In this document: piece after piece, positions 9,251 through 17,753 of the stretch
How positions within the stretch are numbered: the first letter of the stretch is position 1
Layout: each line of letters begins with the position of its first letter
Assembly: GCA_963777165.1 (NCBI GenBank)
Contig: CAVZPO010000022.1
Coordinates: forward strand, 12,082 to 76,081
Reading direction: 5' to 3'
Length of the DNA: 64,000 nt
From: an uncultured Chloroflexia bacterium
GTDB lineage: Bacteria; Chloroflexota; Anaerolineae; Anaerolineales; E44-bin32
Translations under genes and position numbers: made by a program
The notes under the pieces: generated by a model
The model's database searches: none
Told to the model about the DNA's origin: nothing
The model's input: the letters and a program-made list of their open reading frames with translations, nothing else

Positions 9251-10903
9251 CTACCAGCCGCTGGCCTTGAACAGCGCCGCCAGGAACTCCGCCCGCTCTT
9301 CGGGCGTCATCGGGCGCGGCTGGGAGAAGTCCTCCAGAAAGGTCGTCAGCAGTTCGGTGCTGATGTGGCGGCCGGCGTAGATCACATGCCGATCGAGGAA
9401 TTCCTGACGGACGGAGGCGTTGGCCATCTGGTCGAAAAACAGATTCCCGAGCCCGTAGTGAATCAGTGCGCCGTTCCAGAACTCGAACGACTGCGGCTGG
9501 TGTGCCTGGCTGCCGCTGACGATTGCTGCCCCGGCATCCGCAGCTGCCCGAAAGTCGACCACCTGTGCCGGCACTGGACTCGGCCGGTAGGACTCGGCCC
9601 ACTGGTAGGTAAACACCACCACGTAACCATCCTGCCGGAGGCGTGCCGCTTCGGTGAACAGCCGATCGAACTCGCACGGCGCCGCACCGGGACGGTCGGC
9701 CGTGGCCCAGGCCGTCGAAGGACCGGCCTGGTTGCATCCCAGAAACGCCACGCGGTTGCCGTTGTGCTCGAAGAGCGCCGGCTGGAGCGAGTCCTCCAGA
9801 TCGGCGCCGCCGCCGAAGTCGAGCCAGCCGCGGGCGCGCTGCTGCTCGAGCGTGTACTGCAGCGCCTCGGCCCCCCAATCCATGACGTGGTTCCCGGTGA
9901 GTTCGACGACGTCCACCCCGATCGACTCCAGCAGCCCGATCTGCTGCGGCTGGCTGCAGAAGCGCAGGCTGGACTGCGCCGGATCGGCCTTGGGACAGGT
10001 CGGGGAGAAGGCGACCTCGTTGCTGACGTGCAGGATATCAGCCTCGCGCAGCCAGTCGCCGATCAACTGCGCCGGGTAGTCGACGCCCTTCTGATCCATC
10101 TTCCAGGCCGTGGCGCGGGTCAGCGCCGTGACGCCGGTCACCATCACGACCGTCAATCGCGCCGGGTCTCGGTTGGTGGCGGGCCAGACAACCGCCGCGC
10201 GCACCGCCTCGACCGCCTGGGGATCGCCGGAGAAGCCGAAGCCTACGCTCAGCGGGTAGCCGGCAGGGTCGAAGGACTTCCACAGCGGGGATTGACCCTC
10301 GAGCGTCAGGACTTTGAGGCGCGGCTCGAGCTCCTCGAAGGGGACGATGGCCAGCGAGCCGGGCTGCTCCCAGGTGCGATCGGCGACATGCTCACTGACT
10401 TCCTCCCACACGGTGTAGCCCGAAGGACCGAGGACGACGCGAGCTGCGGCGGCATCCTCGGGACGAACGACGACGCGTGCCCATTTGCCTTCGGTGCCTC
10501 CCCACAAGGTCCGGAGCTCGCCGAGCGGGATCGAATCGTCCACCGTCGGGAACGGCGCCGCCACGGCGTAGATCCAGAGGGCGAGGGGCGAGTCACTGAC
10601 CGGTTCTGCCCGCACGTCGGCCTCGTCGGGCGCCGCAACGAAGACGACGGCGCGATCACCCACGACCTGCAGCGCCTCCAGCGGCTGGCGCAGCGCCTCA
10701 GGCAGCGCCGGCGACAGCCAGACGCGAATCGGTTCAGGCGTCGGAGGCAGCGGCGGGAGAGGCGTGTCGGTGGGCGAGGCAGCCGTTGGGACCGGCGGGA
10801 TGGCGGACGGATTGCCTGCGAGGGGTAGGTTACATGCGGCCAGGAGTGCGCCGGCGGTTGCGGTGGCGAGCGCCAGGTGAGCGATGCGATGGGTGATGTC
10901 CAC
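9251..10903 (-). CDS. CapA / PGA_cap family metallophosphatase-like lipoprotein with N-terminal extra domain
   Basis: Signal peptide plus lipobox (ALLAAC). The C-terminal half has ADILHVSNE, VDVVELTGNH, VVVFTYQW and GSQAHQPQ, typical of CapA family proteins. Confidence 0.8.
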   Translation of the reverse strand: MDITHRIAHLALATATAGALLAACNLPLAGNPSAIPPVPTAASPTDTPLPPLPPTPEPIRVWLSPALPEALRQPLEALQVVGDRAVVFVAAPDEADVRAEPVSDSPLALWIYAVAAPFPTVDDSIPLGELRTLWGGTEGKWARVVVRPEDAAAARVVLGPSGYTVWEEVSEHVADRTWEQPGSLAIVPFEELEPRLKVLTLEGQSPLWKSFDPAGYPLSVGFGFSGDPQAVEAVRAAVVWPATNRDPARLTVVMVTGVTALTRATAWKMDQKGVDYPAQLIGDWLREADILHVSNEVAFSPTCPKADPAQSSLRFCSQPQQIGLLESIGVDVVELTGNHVMDWGAEALQYTLEQQRARGWLDFGGGADLEDSLQPALFEHNGNRVAFLGCNQAGPSTAWATADRPGAAPCEFDRLFTEAARLRQDGYVVVFTYQWAESYRPSPVPAQVVDFRAAADAGAAIVSGSQAHQPQSFEFWNGALIHYGLGNLFFDQMANASVRQEFLDRHVIYAGRHISTELLTTFLEDFSQPRPMTPEERAEFLAALFKASGW

Positions 10904-10971
10904 GGGGCGGGATTATCCCACACCCCGCCATCCGCCGCGCAGTGCGGCTCGCGGCCGACGGGCGCGCCCGG

Positions 10972-11883
10972 CTATTCCCCGGCCAGGGCCAGGAACACGT
11001 CCTCCAGTGTCGGCTCCACGGCCTCCACCCGAGTGGCGTTTACCCCCGCTGCGGCCAGCGCCGCGGTCAGCACGCCCGCCGTCGTTTCTGCGTCGGTGAT
11101 CGCCCGCAGGTGATCACCGGTCAGACCGGCACGCTCGACCGAAGGAAGCGCCTGCAGGACGCGCAGCGCATCCAGCATCGGCGAGGCGACGACGTCCCAG
11201 GCCAGCCCGGACAACGCCGAGCGCTTGAGCGCCGAGGGCGTATCCATCGCCAGCAGGCGTCCCCGCCGCATGATGCCTACCCGGTTGCAGTACTCGGCTT
11301 CGTCCATGTAGTGCGTGGTGACGAGCGCCGTCACCCCCTGCTCGGCCAGATCGTAGATCAGGTTCCAGAAGGCGCGGCGGGCGATCGGGTCGACGCCGCT
11401 GGTCGGTTCATCCAGCACCAGCAGCGCCGGTTGGTGGACGATGGCCGTGGCGAGCGCCAGCCGCTGGCGCCAGCCGATCGGGAGGTCGCCTGCGCGCAAC
11501 CCGATCATGCCGCCCAGCCCGACGGTTTGGATGGCGCGTTGCACGTGCTCGGCCTCCCCCACCCCGTAGACGCCGGCGTAGAAGGACAAGTTCTCGAGCG
11601 CGGTCAGCTCGTCATACAACGCGAAACGCTGCGACATGTATCCGACGCGCCGGCGGATCTCCTCCGACTGGCGGGTGACATCGAAGCCGAAGACCGATGC
11701 CCGGCCGCCGCTCGGCAGCAACAGTCCGAGCAGCATGCGGATCGTGGTCGTCTTCCCCGAGCCGTTCGGTCCGAGGTAGCCGAGGATCTCGCCCCGCCGA
11801 ATCTCGAAGCTCACGCTGTCGACGGCCGTGAAACCGCCGAAGCGTTTGGAGAGCTCGAAGACTTCAGCCACCGTCTCGGTCAT
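10972..11883 (-). CDS. ABC transporter ATP-binding protein (ABC-2/DrrA type)
   Basis: Walker A GPNGSGKTT, signature/Walker B LLVLDEPTSGVD, C-terminal PTLEDVFL. GAGGGG RBS upstream. Confidence 0.9.
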   Translation of the reverse strand: MTETVAEVFELSKRFGGFTAVDSVSFEIRRGEILGYLGPNGSGKTTTIRMLLGLLLPSGGRASVFGFDVTRQSEEIRRRVGYMSQRFALYDELTALENLSFYAGVYGVGEAEHVQRAIQTVGLGGMIGLRAGDLPIGWRQRLALATAIVHQPALLVLDEPTSGVDPIARRAFWNLIYDLAEQGVTALVTTHYMDEAEYCNRVGIMRRGRLLAMDTPSALKRSALSGLAWDVVASPMLDALRVLQALPSVERAGLTGDHLRAITDAETTAGVLTAALAAAGVNATRVEAVEPTLEDVFLALAGE

Positions 11884-11985
11884 CTACCCCTCGCGCCCCA
11901 CCGGGCGCCTCCCCGGCGAGCACTGCAGCGGACTCTTCCTCCGCCGCATCGACGATCCCTCGGCCGTCCGGATCGGCAGCGGCCC

Positions 11986-12657
11986 TCAGGACAGTGCCCA
12001 GAACTCGCCCGTCAGGCCGAGCGTAGTGAACAGCGCCTGCGCTTCGGATGGTGACCGGCGCCTCCACGCGGGATCGCGCCGGTCTGACGCGTACCACGCC
12101 TGAGCCAGCCCCCAGATCTGCTCCCGGCTCAGGATCCCGCCTCGAGGCTGACGCCAGATCGCCGCCCACCGAGCGATGTGCTCTTCCGACCGGAAGAGGA
12201 GCATCGTCCGTCAGGTGAAGACGACGTCGTCCCACCACGACCGTGCGGGCACGGCAAAGTGCGCCAGGCAGGAATCTCCATCGACACGGCCGTTCCGTAC
12301 GCTGAGTGTCAGTGCTTCGCCGCAATCGGGGCAGGCAGTGGCCACACTCCCGTCGGCACCCAGCATCGCCAGAATCCCAAGCCCATCCCAGATGCAGTTG
12401 CCCCACCACGACCTTCCGGCACTGGAGACGACGAAGGCTGTCGGCACGGCCGAAAACGGGTTGGCCATGAGCACGTCGCCGCTCGCCGGCTGCAGGACGA
12501 GGGCGTGCGCGCCGGCCAACCGTTGCAGCGCCTCCCCCACCTCCAGGTCGCGCCTCCCCAGGCGGCGTGCGATCTCACCGATGGTCAACGCCCGACCGGT
12601 GGTGAGGAAGCCCTCGTAGATTTCGCGCCGCACGTCGAGATCGAGTGCCTCATTCAT
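11986..12657 (-). CDS. MerB-like (alkylmercury lyase family) protein with one in-frame TGA (12211-12213); candidate selenoprotein, or a nonsense pseudogene
   Basis: ORFs 12211..12825 and 11986..12204 share one frame and are separated only by TGA. ATG 12657 has GGAGG upstream. There is an N-terminal winged-helix region. WWGNCIWDGLGILAMLG and ATACPDCGEALTLSV resemble the MerB Cys96/Asp99 block. The TGA falls in VVFT-TGA-RTMLLFRSEEH, which aligns with MerB SFCCHVHFFAS. Confidence 0.7.
12175..12205 (-). promoter_or_regulatory. SECIS-like stem-loop downstream of the in-frame UGA
   Basis: The mRNA reads 5'-GAUG CUC CUCUUCC GGUC GGAAGAG CA CAUC-3'. This gives a 7-bp perfect upper stem, a GGUC tetraloop and a 4-bp lower stem, starting 9 nt from the U of UGA. 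Confidence 0.5.
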
Positions 12658-12718
12658 CCAACGCCTCCGTGCCCTGGCGCCGGCCGCTGTGAAATGGGCG
12701 CCCATTCCAGACAACGGT

Positions 12719-13673
12719 TCAAGCTGGGCCGGCCGGTTCGCTCTCCAGCAGCTCGATGAACACGTCCTCCAACTCGGGCGACACAAGACGCACGTGATCC
12801 ATCTGGATGTCCTCGGCCCGGGCAACGACTTGTCAAGCGCTGCATGACCGGCTCGGCCGCGCCCGGGGCGACGCGCAGGTGCAGCCGGTCTCCGAACAAC
12901 TGCACCGCCTCGACGCCTGCCTCCCCTCGGGCCAGCCGCGCCAGCCTGCGCAGCGCCTGGCCGGCAACCTCGAGGATCCTTCCGTCCAGCCGTCCGGTAA
13001 CCTCCGCCGGTGCGCCCTCCACCAGAAGCCGCCCTCGGCTCATGAACCCCAGTCGATGGCAGCGTGCCGCCTCGTCCATGTACGGGGTGCTCACCAGGAC
13101 GGCGACGCCTTCTCCCAATAACCCGATGATCAATTGCCAGAACCCCTGGCGGGTGACCGGGTCCACGCCTCCGGTCGGCTCGTCGAGGAGCAGGATGCGC
13201 GGCCGATGCACGAGCGCCGCGGCCAGCCCAAGCTTCTGGCGCATTCCGCCCGAAAGCGCCTCTGCCCGGCGGTCGGCAAACTCCGCCAGTCCGACGAACT
13301 CGAGGATCTCGTGCGAACGCGAGCGCCAGGCCTCCCTCGGCAGGCCGCGGACCTCGGCGAAGAACCGCAGGTTCTCTTCAACCGTGAGCTCGCCATACAG
13401 GCTGAAGCGCTGCGGAAGATAGCCGATCTCGGCGCGGGCCCGCAATTCGTCGCGTGCCAGATCGATCCCCGCCAGGTGGACTTGGCCGGCGTCGCAGGCC
13501 AGCGCGCCGCACAGCAGCCGCATCGTCGTCGTCTTGCCTGCGCCGTCCGGCCCGACCAGCCCATAGGCTTCCCCGGCCGCGACGCGCAGGCTGACGTCCT
13601 GCACGGCGAGCGTGGATCCGAAGGCGCGCCGTAAGCCTTCGGCGACGATCAGGGGTTCCTGCTCTGTCGTCAT
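12719..13673 (-). pseudogene. ABC transporter ATP-binding protein, frame broken near 12815-12833
   Basis: Walker A GPDGAGKTT, signature LSGGMRQK, Walker B ILLLDEPTGGVD. The expected C-terminus QVVARAEDIQMDHVRLVSPELEDVFIELLESEPAGPA* sits in another frame and ends at 12719-12721. The start overlaps the HlyD stop (ATGA). Confidence 0.85.
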
Positions 13674-14918
13674 GTTTCGAATGCGACGTCCACCGGCATT
13701 CCCGGCTTGAGCTTGCCCTCGGCTTCTGCCACCGTCACCTCAACGGCGAAGACGGTCGTGCGCCGTCCTTCCTCGGTCTGCACATTGCGTGGGGTGAACT
13801 CCGCACGATCGGAGATACGCGTCACCACGGCATCGAAGCTCTCCTTGGGGAAGGCGTCGGCGGAGATGCTCACGTGGTCGCCGAGATCGATCTGCCCGTA
13901 GCGGTCTTCCGGCAGGAAGACGGTGATCGTCAGGTGGTCGAGCTGCCCGATCGAGAGCGCCTGTGCGCCGGCGAGCAGCACCTCACCCGGCTCGATGCTG
14001 CGCGCCAGGATCACCCCTCCGAGCGGTGCACGCACCAGCAGCTTGCCGAGCTGAAGATCGAGCGTCTCCGCATCGACCTTGGCCTGGGCGCGGGCGGCTG
14101 CCAGCCGCGCCTGCGCCAGCGTCAGGCGCGCCTTGGCCTGGTCCAGCAAGTCCGGGTCCGGCCCGGGGTGCAGGTCCTCGAAATTGCGTTGGGCTTCATC
14201 GAGCTGGGCCTGAGCGAGGCTGACCTTGGCGTCCAGGATGGCCTGATCGATGTCGGATGGCTGGCCCTTGTACCAGTTGAGGCTTGCCTGAGCCGCGTCC
14301 CGCTGCCGTCGAGCGGCCTCGAGCGAGGCGCGCGCAGCGGCACGCGTCGGGTTGTCGGCCGGGAGTGAACCCACCCGGTTATAGGCTGCCTCGGCACGGT
14401 CGAGAGCTTGCTCGGCCAGCGTCAAGGTCGCCTTGGCCCCGTCGAGCGTTTCGGTCGTGGCCCGATTGCCCTTCTGCTGATAGGTGTTCAGCCGCACGGC
14501 ATCGTCGAGCGCGTCGCGGGCATTGGCCAGCGTGAGCTCGGCCTGCGCTGCGGCAAGCACGGCGTCGTCGTTCAGCGCGTCGAGGCCTTGCTGCGCGTTG
14601 AGCAGCTCCAGTTCCGCCGCAGCCACGGCTGCCTGCCCGCCCGCCAGCGCCAACTCGCGCTGCGCCTCGAGCAGCCGGTTGTCCAGGCGCAAGATCACAT
14701 CGCCGGCCTGCACCGATCGCGCCCTCGTCGACCAGGACCGCCTCGACCCGACCAGACACCTCGGAGGCGACGTTGACTTGAACTGCCTCGACCGTGCCCG
14801 ACGCCTGCAGCGGGCCGTTGTCTCGAGCCGAGACGGCCGTCAGGTAGATCAGCCCGGCGACGACCAGGCCGACGAAGACCACGATCGGCGCAACACGTCG
14901 TACCTTGTCCAGGTGCAT
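13670..14918 (-). pseudogene. HlyD-family periplasmic adaptor, frame broken near 14714-14722
   Basis: The N-terminal TM anchor plus SGTVEAVQVNVASEVSGRVEAVLVDEG are in ORF 14379..14918. The continuation SVQAGDVILRLDN, the coiled-coil region and the C-terminus KLKPGMPVDVAFET are in ORF 13670..14713. AAGGAGGG RBS upstream. Confidence 0.85.
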
Positions 14919-14928
14919 CCAGCCCTCC

Positions 14929-16062
14929 TTAGTCGAGCCGCTTGCGAAAGCGCAGGGCGGCTGCGGTCAACATCGCCGCGCCGAAGATCGCCAGAGCGAC
15001 GATCTCGCCGGTCAGCGCGCCGGCTCCCACGCCCTTGAGCAGGATCGACCGAATGATGATCAGGTAATGGCGCAGCGGGATGACGTACGAGACGGCGCGC
15101 AGGAGCGGCGGCATGGCCGCCAGCGGAAAGAAGAAGCCCGAGAGGAAGATCGTCGGCAGCATGGTGAAGTACACCAGCATGATCGCTTCCTGCTGCGTCC
15201 GGGCGATGGTGGAGACGAACAGCCCGACGCCGAGCGAGCCGGCCAGGAACAGCCCGGAGAGCAGCAGCAGCAGCCCGAGGCTGCCGCGGATCGGCACGTC
15301 GAACCACAACGTCCCGATCACCAGGATCTCGAGCGTGTTGAGGAAGGCGATCAACGTGTAGGGGATGATCTTGGCCAGGATCAATTCGACGGACCGGATC
15401 GGCGTGACGATCAGCTGCTCGATCGTCCCACGCTCACGTTCGCGCACGATGGCCGTGGCGGTGAGGAGCGAAGTCAGCAGCTGCAGGATCATCCCGATCA
15501 GCGCCGGGATCATGAAGAAGGCGCTGACCAGATCCGGGTTGTACCAGACTCGGGCGCGCACCTCGACGGCGGGACTGGCGGCGGAGGAGGCGGCGAGGGG
15601 ACCCAGGCGCTCGACGGTCAGCCGAGCCGAGTGTGCCTGGCCGATCAGCGTCGCCGCCGCCAGCGAGGTGGAGGCGACGTTCGGGTCGCTGCCGTCGAGG
15701 ATGAAGGCCACCTCGGCCGTCTTGCCGGCGAGCACGCTGGCCTCGAAATCGGGCGGGATGATCAGCCCGGCACGCGCCTGGCCGTTGTCGATCAGCGTGC
15801 GGAGTTCGTCGGCCGAGGCGACGTCGTAGGCCAGGCGGAAATAGTCCGCCGACCGGTAGGCGTCCAGCAGGCGGCGGGCCGCCGGCCCCCGCGACTGGTC
15901 GAACACGGCCAACGGGACGTTGCGCACATCGGTCGTGGCGGTGTAGCCGAGCAGGAAGATCTGGATAACCGGGATCGCCAGGACGATGTACAACGTCCGC
16001 GGGTCGCGGGCGATCTGGATGAACTCCTTGCGGATCAGGGCCATCATGCGGTGATTGAGCAT
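14929..16062 (-). CDS. ABC-2 type transporter permease (YhhJ/YbhS-like)
   Basis: 377 aa. The N-terminus ALIRKEFIQIARDPRTL is followed by a large periplasmic loop and six C-terminal TM segments. Confidence 0.9.
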   Translation of the reverse strand: MLNHRMMALIRKEFIQIARDPRTLYIVLAIPVIQIFLLGYTATTDVRNVPLAVFDQSRGPAARRLLDAYRSADYFRLAYDVASADELRTLIDNGQARAGLIIPPDFEASVLAGKTAEVAFILDGSDPNVASTSLAAATLIGQAHSARLTVERLGPLAASSAASPAVEVRARVWYNPDLVSAFFMIPALIGMILQLLTSLLTATAIVRERERGTIEQLIVTPIRSVELILAKIIPYTLIAFLNTLEILVIGTLWFDVPIRGSLGLLLLLSGLFLAGSLGVGLFVSTIARTQQEAIMLVYFTMLPTIFLSGFFFPLAAMPPLLRAVSYVIPLRHYLIIIRSILLKGVGAGALTGEIVALAIFGAAMLTAAALRFRKRLD

Positions 16063-16068
16063 GGGCGG

Positions 16069-16707
16069 CTACCCTGTGTCTCGCCGCACGGCGACCGAGG
16101 GCTCTGTGTCCAGGATGCCGTGGAGCAGGATGTTGCCGAAAGCGGTCAGGTCATCAGGCTGAAACTCGATCAGGGCGATGTCCTTGAAGAACGCCACGCT
16201 GACGGCGTACGACATGATCAGGCCGAAGAAGGCACGGGCGATGATCATCGGCGAGTAGCGCCGCAATCGATCGTCCGCGTGCTGCAGGCGAACGATGAAA
16301 TCCACGGCCCCGGGCAGCAGCTCGCCGGCCAGGAACGAAGCGTGCCGCCCCTGAAATTCGAGCAGCTCGATAAACATCAGACGCAAGTTGGCCTGTTGAT
16401 CGGTCAGCGCCTCTGCCATTCGTCGGGTGGCATCGGTGATCAGCGCCTCGATCGAGTCGCCGCTGGCGCGGGACATCGCCGCCACCAGTCGGCGATGAGG
16501 AATCAGATCGGACAGCAACTCGACGAACAGCGCCTCTTTGGAGGGGGTGTGGTTGTAGATGGCAGCCAGGGCTACGCCGGCGCGCCCCGCGATCTGGCGC
16601 ATCGACGTGCCGTGGAAGCCCTGGTCGAGAAACAGGTCGAGAGCGGCCTGCCGGATCCGGCTGCGTGTGTCCTGTGCGGGGAGCGGGGAAGTCGCAAGCT
16701 CGGCCAT
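16069..16707 (-). CDS. TetR/AcrR family transcriptional regulator
   Basis: HTH region RIRQAALDLFLDQGFHGTSMRQIAGRAGVALAAIYNHTPSKEALF. ATG 16707 is preferred over GTG 16719 because the palindromic operator lies directly upstream. Confidence 0.9.
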   Translation of the reverse strand: MAELATSPLPAQDTRSRIRQAALDLFLDQGFHGTSMRQIAGRAGVALAAIYNHTPSKEALFVELLSDLIPHRRLVAAMSRASGDSIEALITDATRRMAEALTDQQANLRLMFIELLEFQGRHASFLAGELLPGAVDFIVRLQHADDRLRRYSPMIIARAFFGLIMSYAVSVAFFKDIALIEFQPDDLTAFGNILLHGILDTEPSVAVRRDTG

Positions 16708-16720
16708 GTCTGCTGGCACG

Positions 16721-16734
16721 AACGAACGTTCGTT
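16721..16734. promoter_or_regulatory. 14-bp perfect palindrome AACGAACGTTCGTT; probable TetR operator
   Basis: Located 14-27 nt upstream of the TetR ATG and just downstream of the predicted -10. Confidence 0.5.
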
Positions 16735-16742
16735 TGGTCAAT

Positions 16743-16771
16743 AGAGTAGGACAATTCCGGGCGGGAGTCAA
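16743..16771 (-). promoter_or_regulatory. sigma70-like promoter of the TetR/ABC operon
   Basis: On the minus strand: TTGACT (16771-16766), 17-nt spacer, TACTCT (16748-16743). Confidence 0.4.
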
Positions 16772-16890
16772 GCAAGGACTACTCCGCCCGCCGGTCGCCC
16801 ACCCAGCGAGCCGTCCCATCCCGGGACCGGAACGCCCGCCTCCCACCCACTCCGGCTTCGGGGAGAAACGACCGGCATGGCCCCGCCGCA

Positions 16891-16923
16891 AACCAAACGA
16901 AATGCGCCCCGGACCGGGGCGCA
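16891..16923 (-). terminator. intrinsic terminator after the small membrane-protein genes
   Basis: The minus strand reads GCGCCCCGG-TC-CGGGGCGC followed by ATTTCGTTTGGTTT. Confidence 0.55.
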
Positions 16924-16957
16924 GATACAAAACTGGATCCGTCGGCGGCGAGTGCGC

Positions 16958-17176
16958 TCAGCTCTCGCCGCGATCAGGCAGCGCCGCCACCTCCCGCAGC
17001 AGGCCCATCACCAGCAGCCCGATCCGCAGCCCCTCCCCCGTACTCACACTCAGCGATACGCCGCTCCGCTCGGACCGGCGCACCAGCATCAGCGCCGCCG
17101 CCACCCCCGTAAGCGCGCCGGCCACCGCACCCACCACAATCGCCGTCGTCTTCCAGTTCCCAGCCCTGGTCTGCAT
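16958..17176 (-). CDS. small membrane protein, hypothetical
   Basis: 72 aa. Strong GAGGAGG RBS 4 nt upstream of the ATG. One TM segment (TTAIVVGAVAGALTGVAAALML). Confidence 0.55.
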   Translation of the reverse strand: MQTRAGNWKTTAIVVGAVAGALTGVAAALMLVRRSERSGVSLSVSTGEGLRIGLLVMGLLREVAALPDRGES

Positions 17177-17185
17177 TCCGCCTCC

Positions 17186-17623
17186 TCAGCTCTTTCCGAA
17201 CAGGCTTCCCCACGCCGTCCTCACCGCCGCCCAGACGGACTTCGGCGCCACCACCGACTGCGCCGCACCCCGAGCGATCCGGTCCGTCTGGTAGGCGACC
17301 TCACCGAACAGGCGCTGCGCCTTGTGCGTCCATGTTGGCAGCCAGCCAATCAGCCGGGCCACGCCCAGCGCGAGCAGCGACGCTCCCACCAATGCGATCA
17401 AGCCAAAGATCATCACCGGGATGAGCAGCGCGACCATCGCCACATCCGCCATCCCGCTCGGCGTAGCGCCGCCCGGCCCGCCGGCGACCAGGCTGAGGAC
17501 GATCGTCCCCAACACGAGCACCGCCCCCAAGACCAGCGGCAGATAGACCTGCAGCAGCACGGCGCGGCGGAAGGCGGAGGCTCGTGCACGGCTCCCCTGC
17601 GGCCTGCGAATCGTCTCCATCAA
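17186..17623 (-). CDS. hypothetical membrane protein (3 TM)
   Basis: 145 aa. TM segments include LPLVLGAVLVLGTIVLSLV and VAMVALLIPVMIFGLIALVGASLLALGV. It ends 9 nt before the next start. Confidence 0.55.
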   Translation of the reverse strand: MMETIRRPQGSRARASAFRRAVLLQVYLPLVLGAVLVLGTIVLSLVAGGPGGATPSGMADVAMVALLIPVMIFGLIALVGASLLALGVARLIGWLPTWTHKAQRLFGEVAYQTDRIARGAAQSVVAPKSVWAAVRTAWGSLFGKS

Positions 17624-17753
17624 CCCCTTCCGGCACCGGCGCGCACGCTGCGCGGCGGCTTCTGCGCTGCCTGGATTCTAGCACGGGTGGACCGGACCTC
17701 CCACTTCCGGCACGCCCGACGCTGCGATAGAATCCGACCTGGAGACCCAGACC

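Noticed and set aside
9185-10828. Long antisense ORFs (9185..10828, 14905..16749, 17301..18836, 22459..23868, 42960..44897, 47326..49116, 61832..63991 and similar)
   Set aside because: Each lies opposite a gene with clear family motifs. They have low-complexity Arg/Gly/Pro/Asp-rich translations and no recognisable domains. These are high-GC shadow frames.
11986-12204. Treating the 72-aa ORF as an independent small gene
   Set aside because: It has no Shine-Dalgarno sequence. It is in frame with, and collinear to, the C-terminal third of MerB-family proteins. It is separated from the upstream ORF by a single TGA and two codons.
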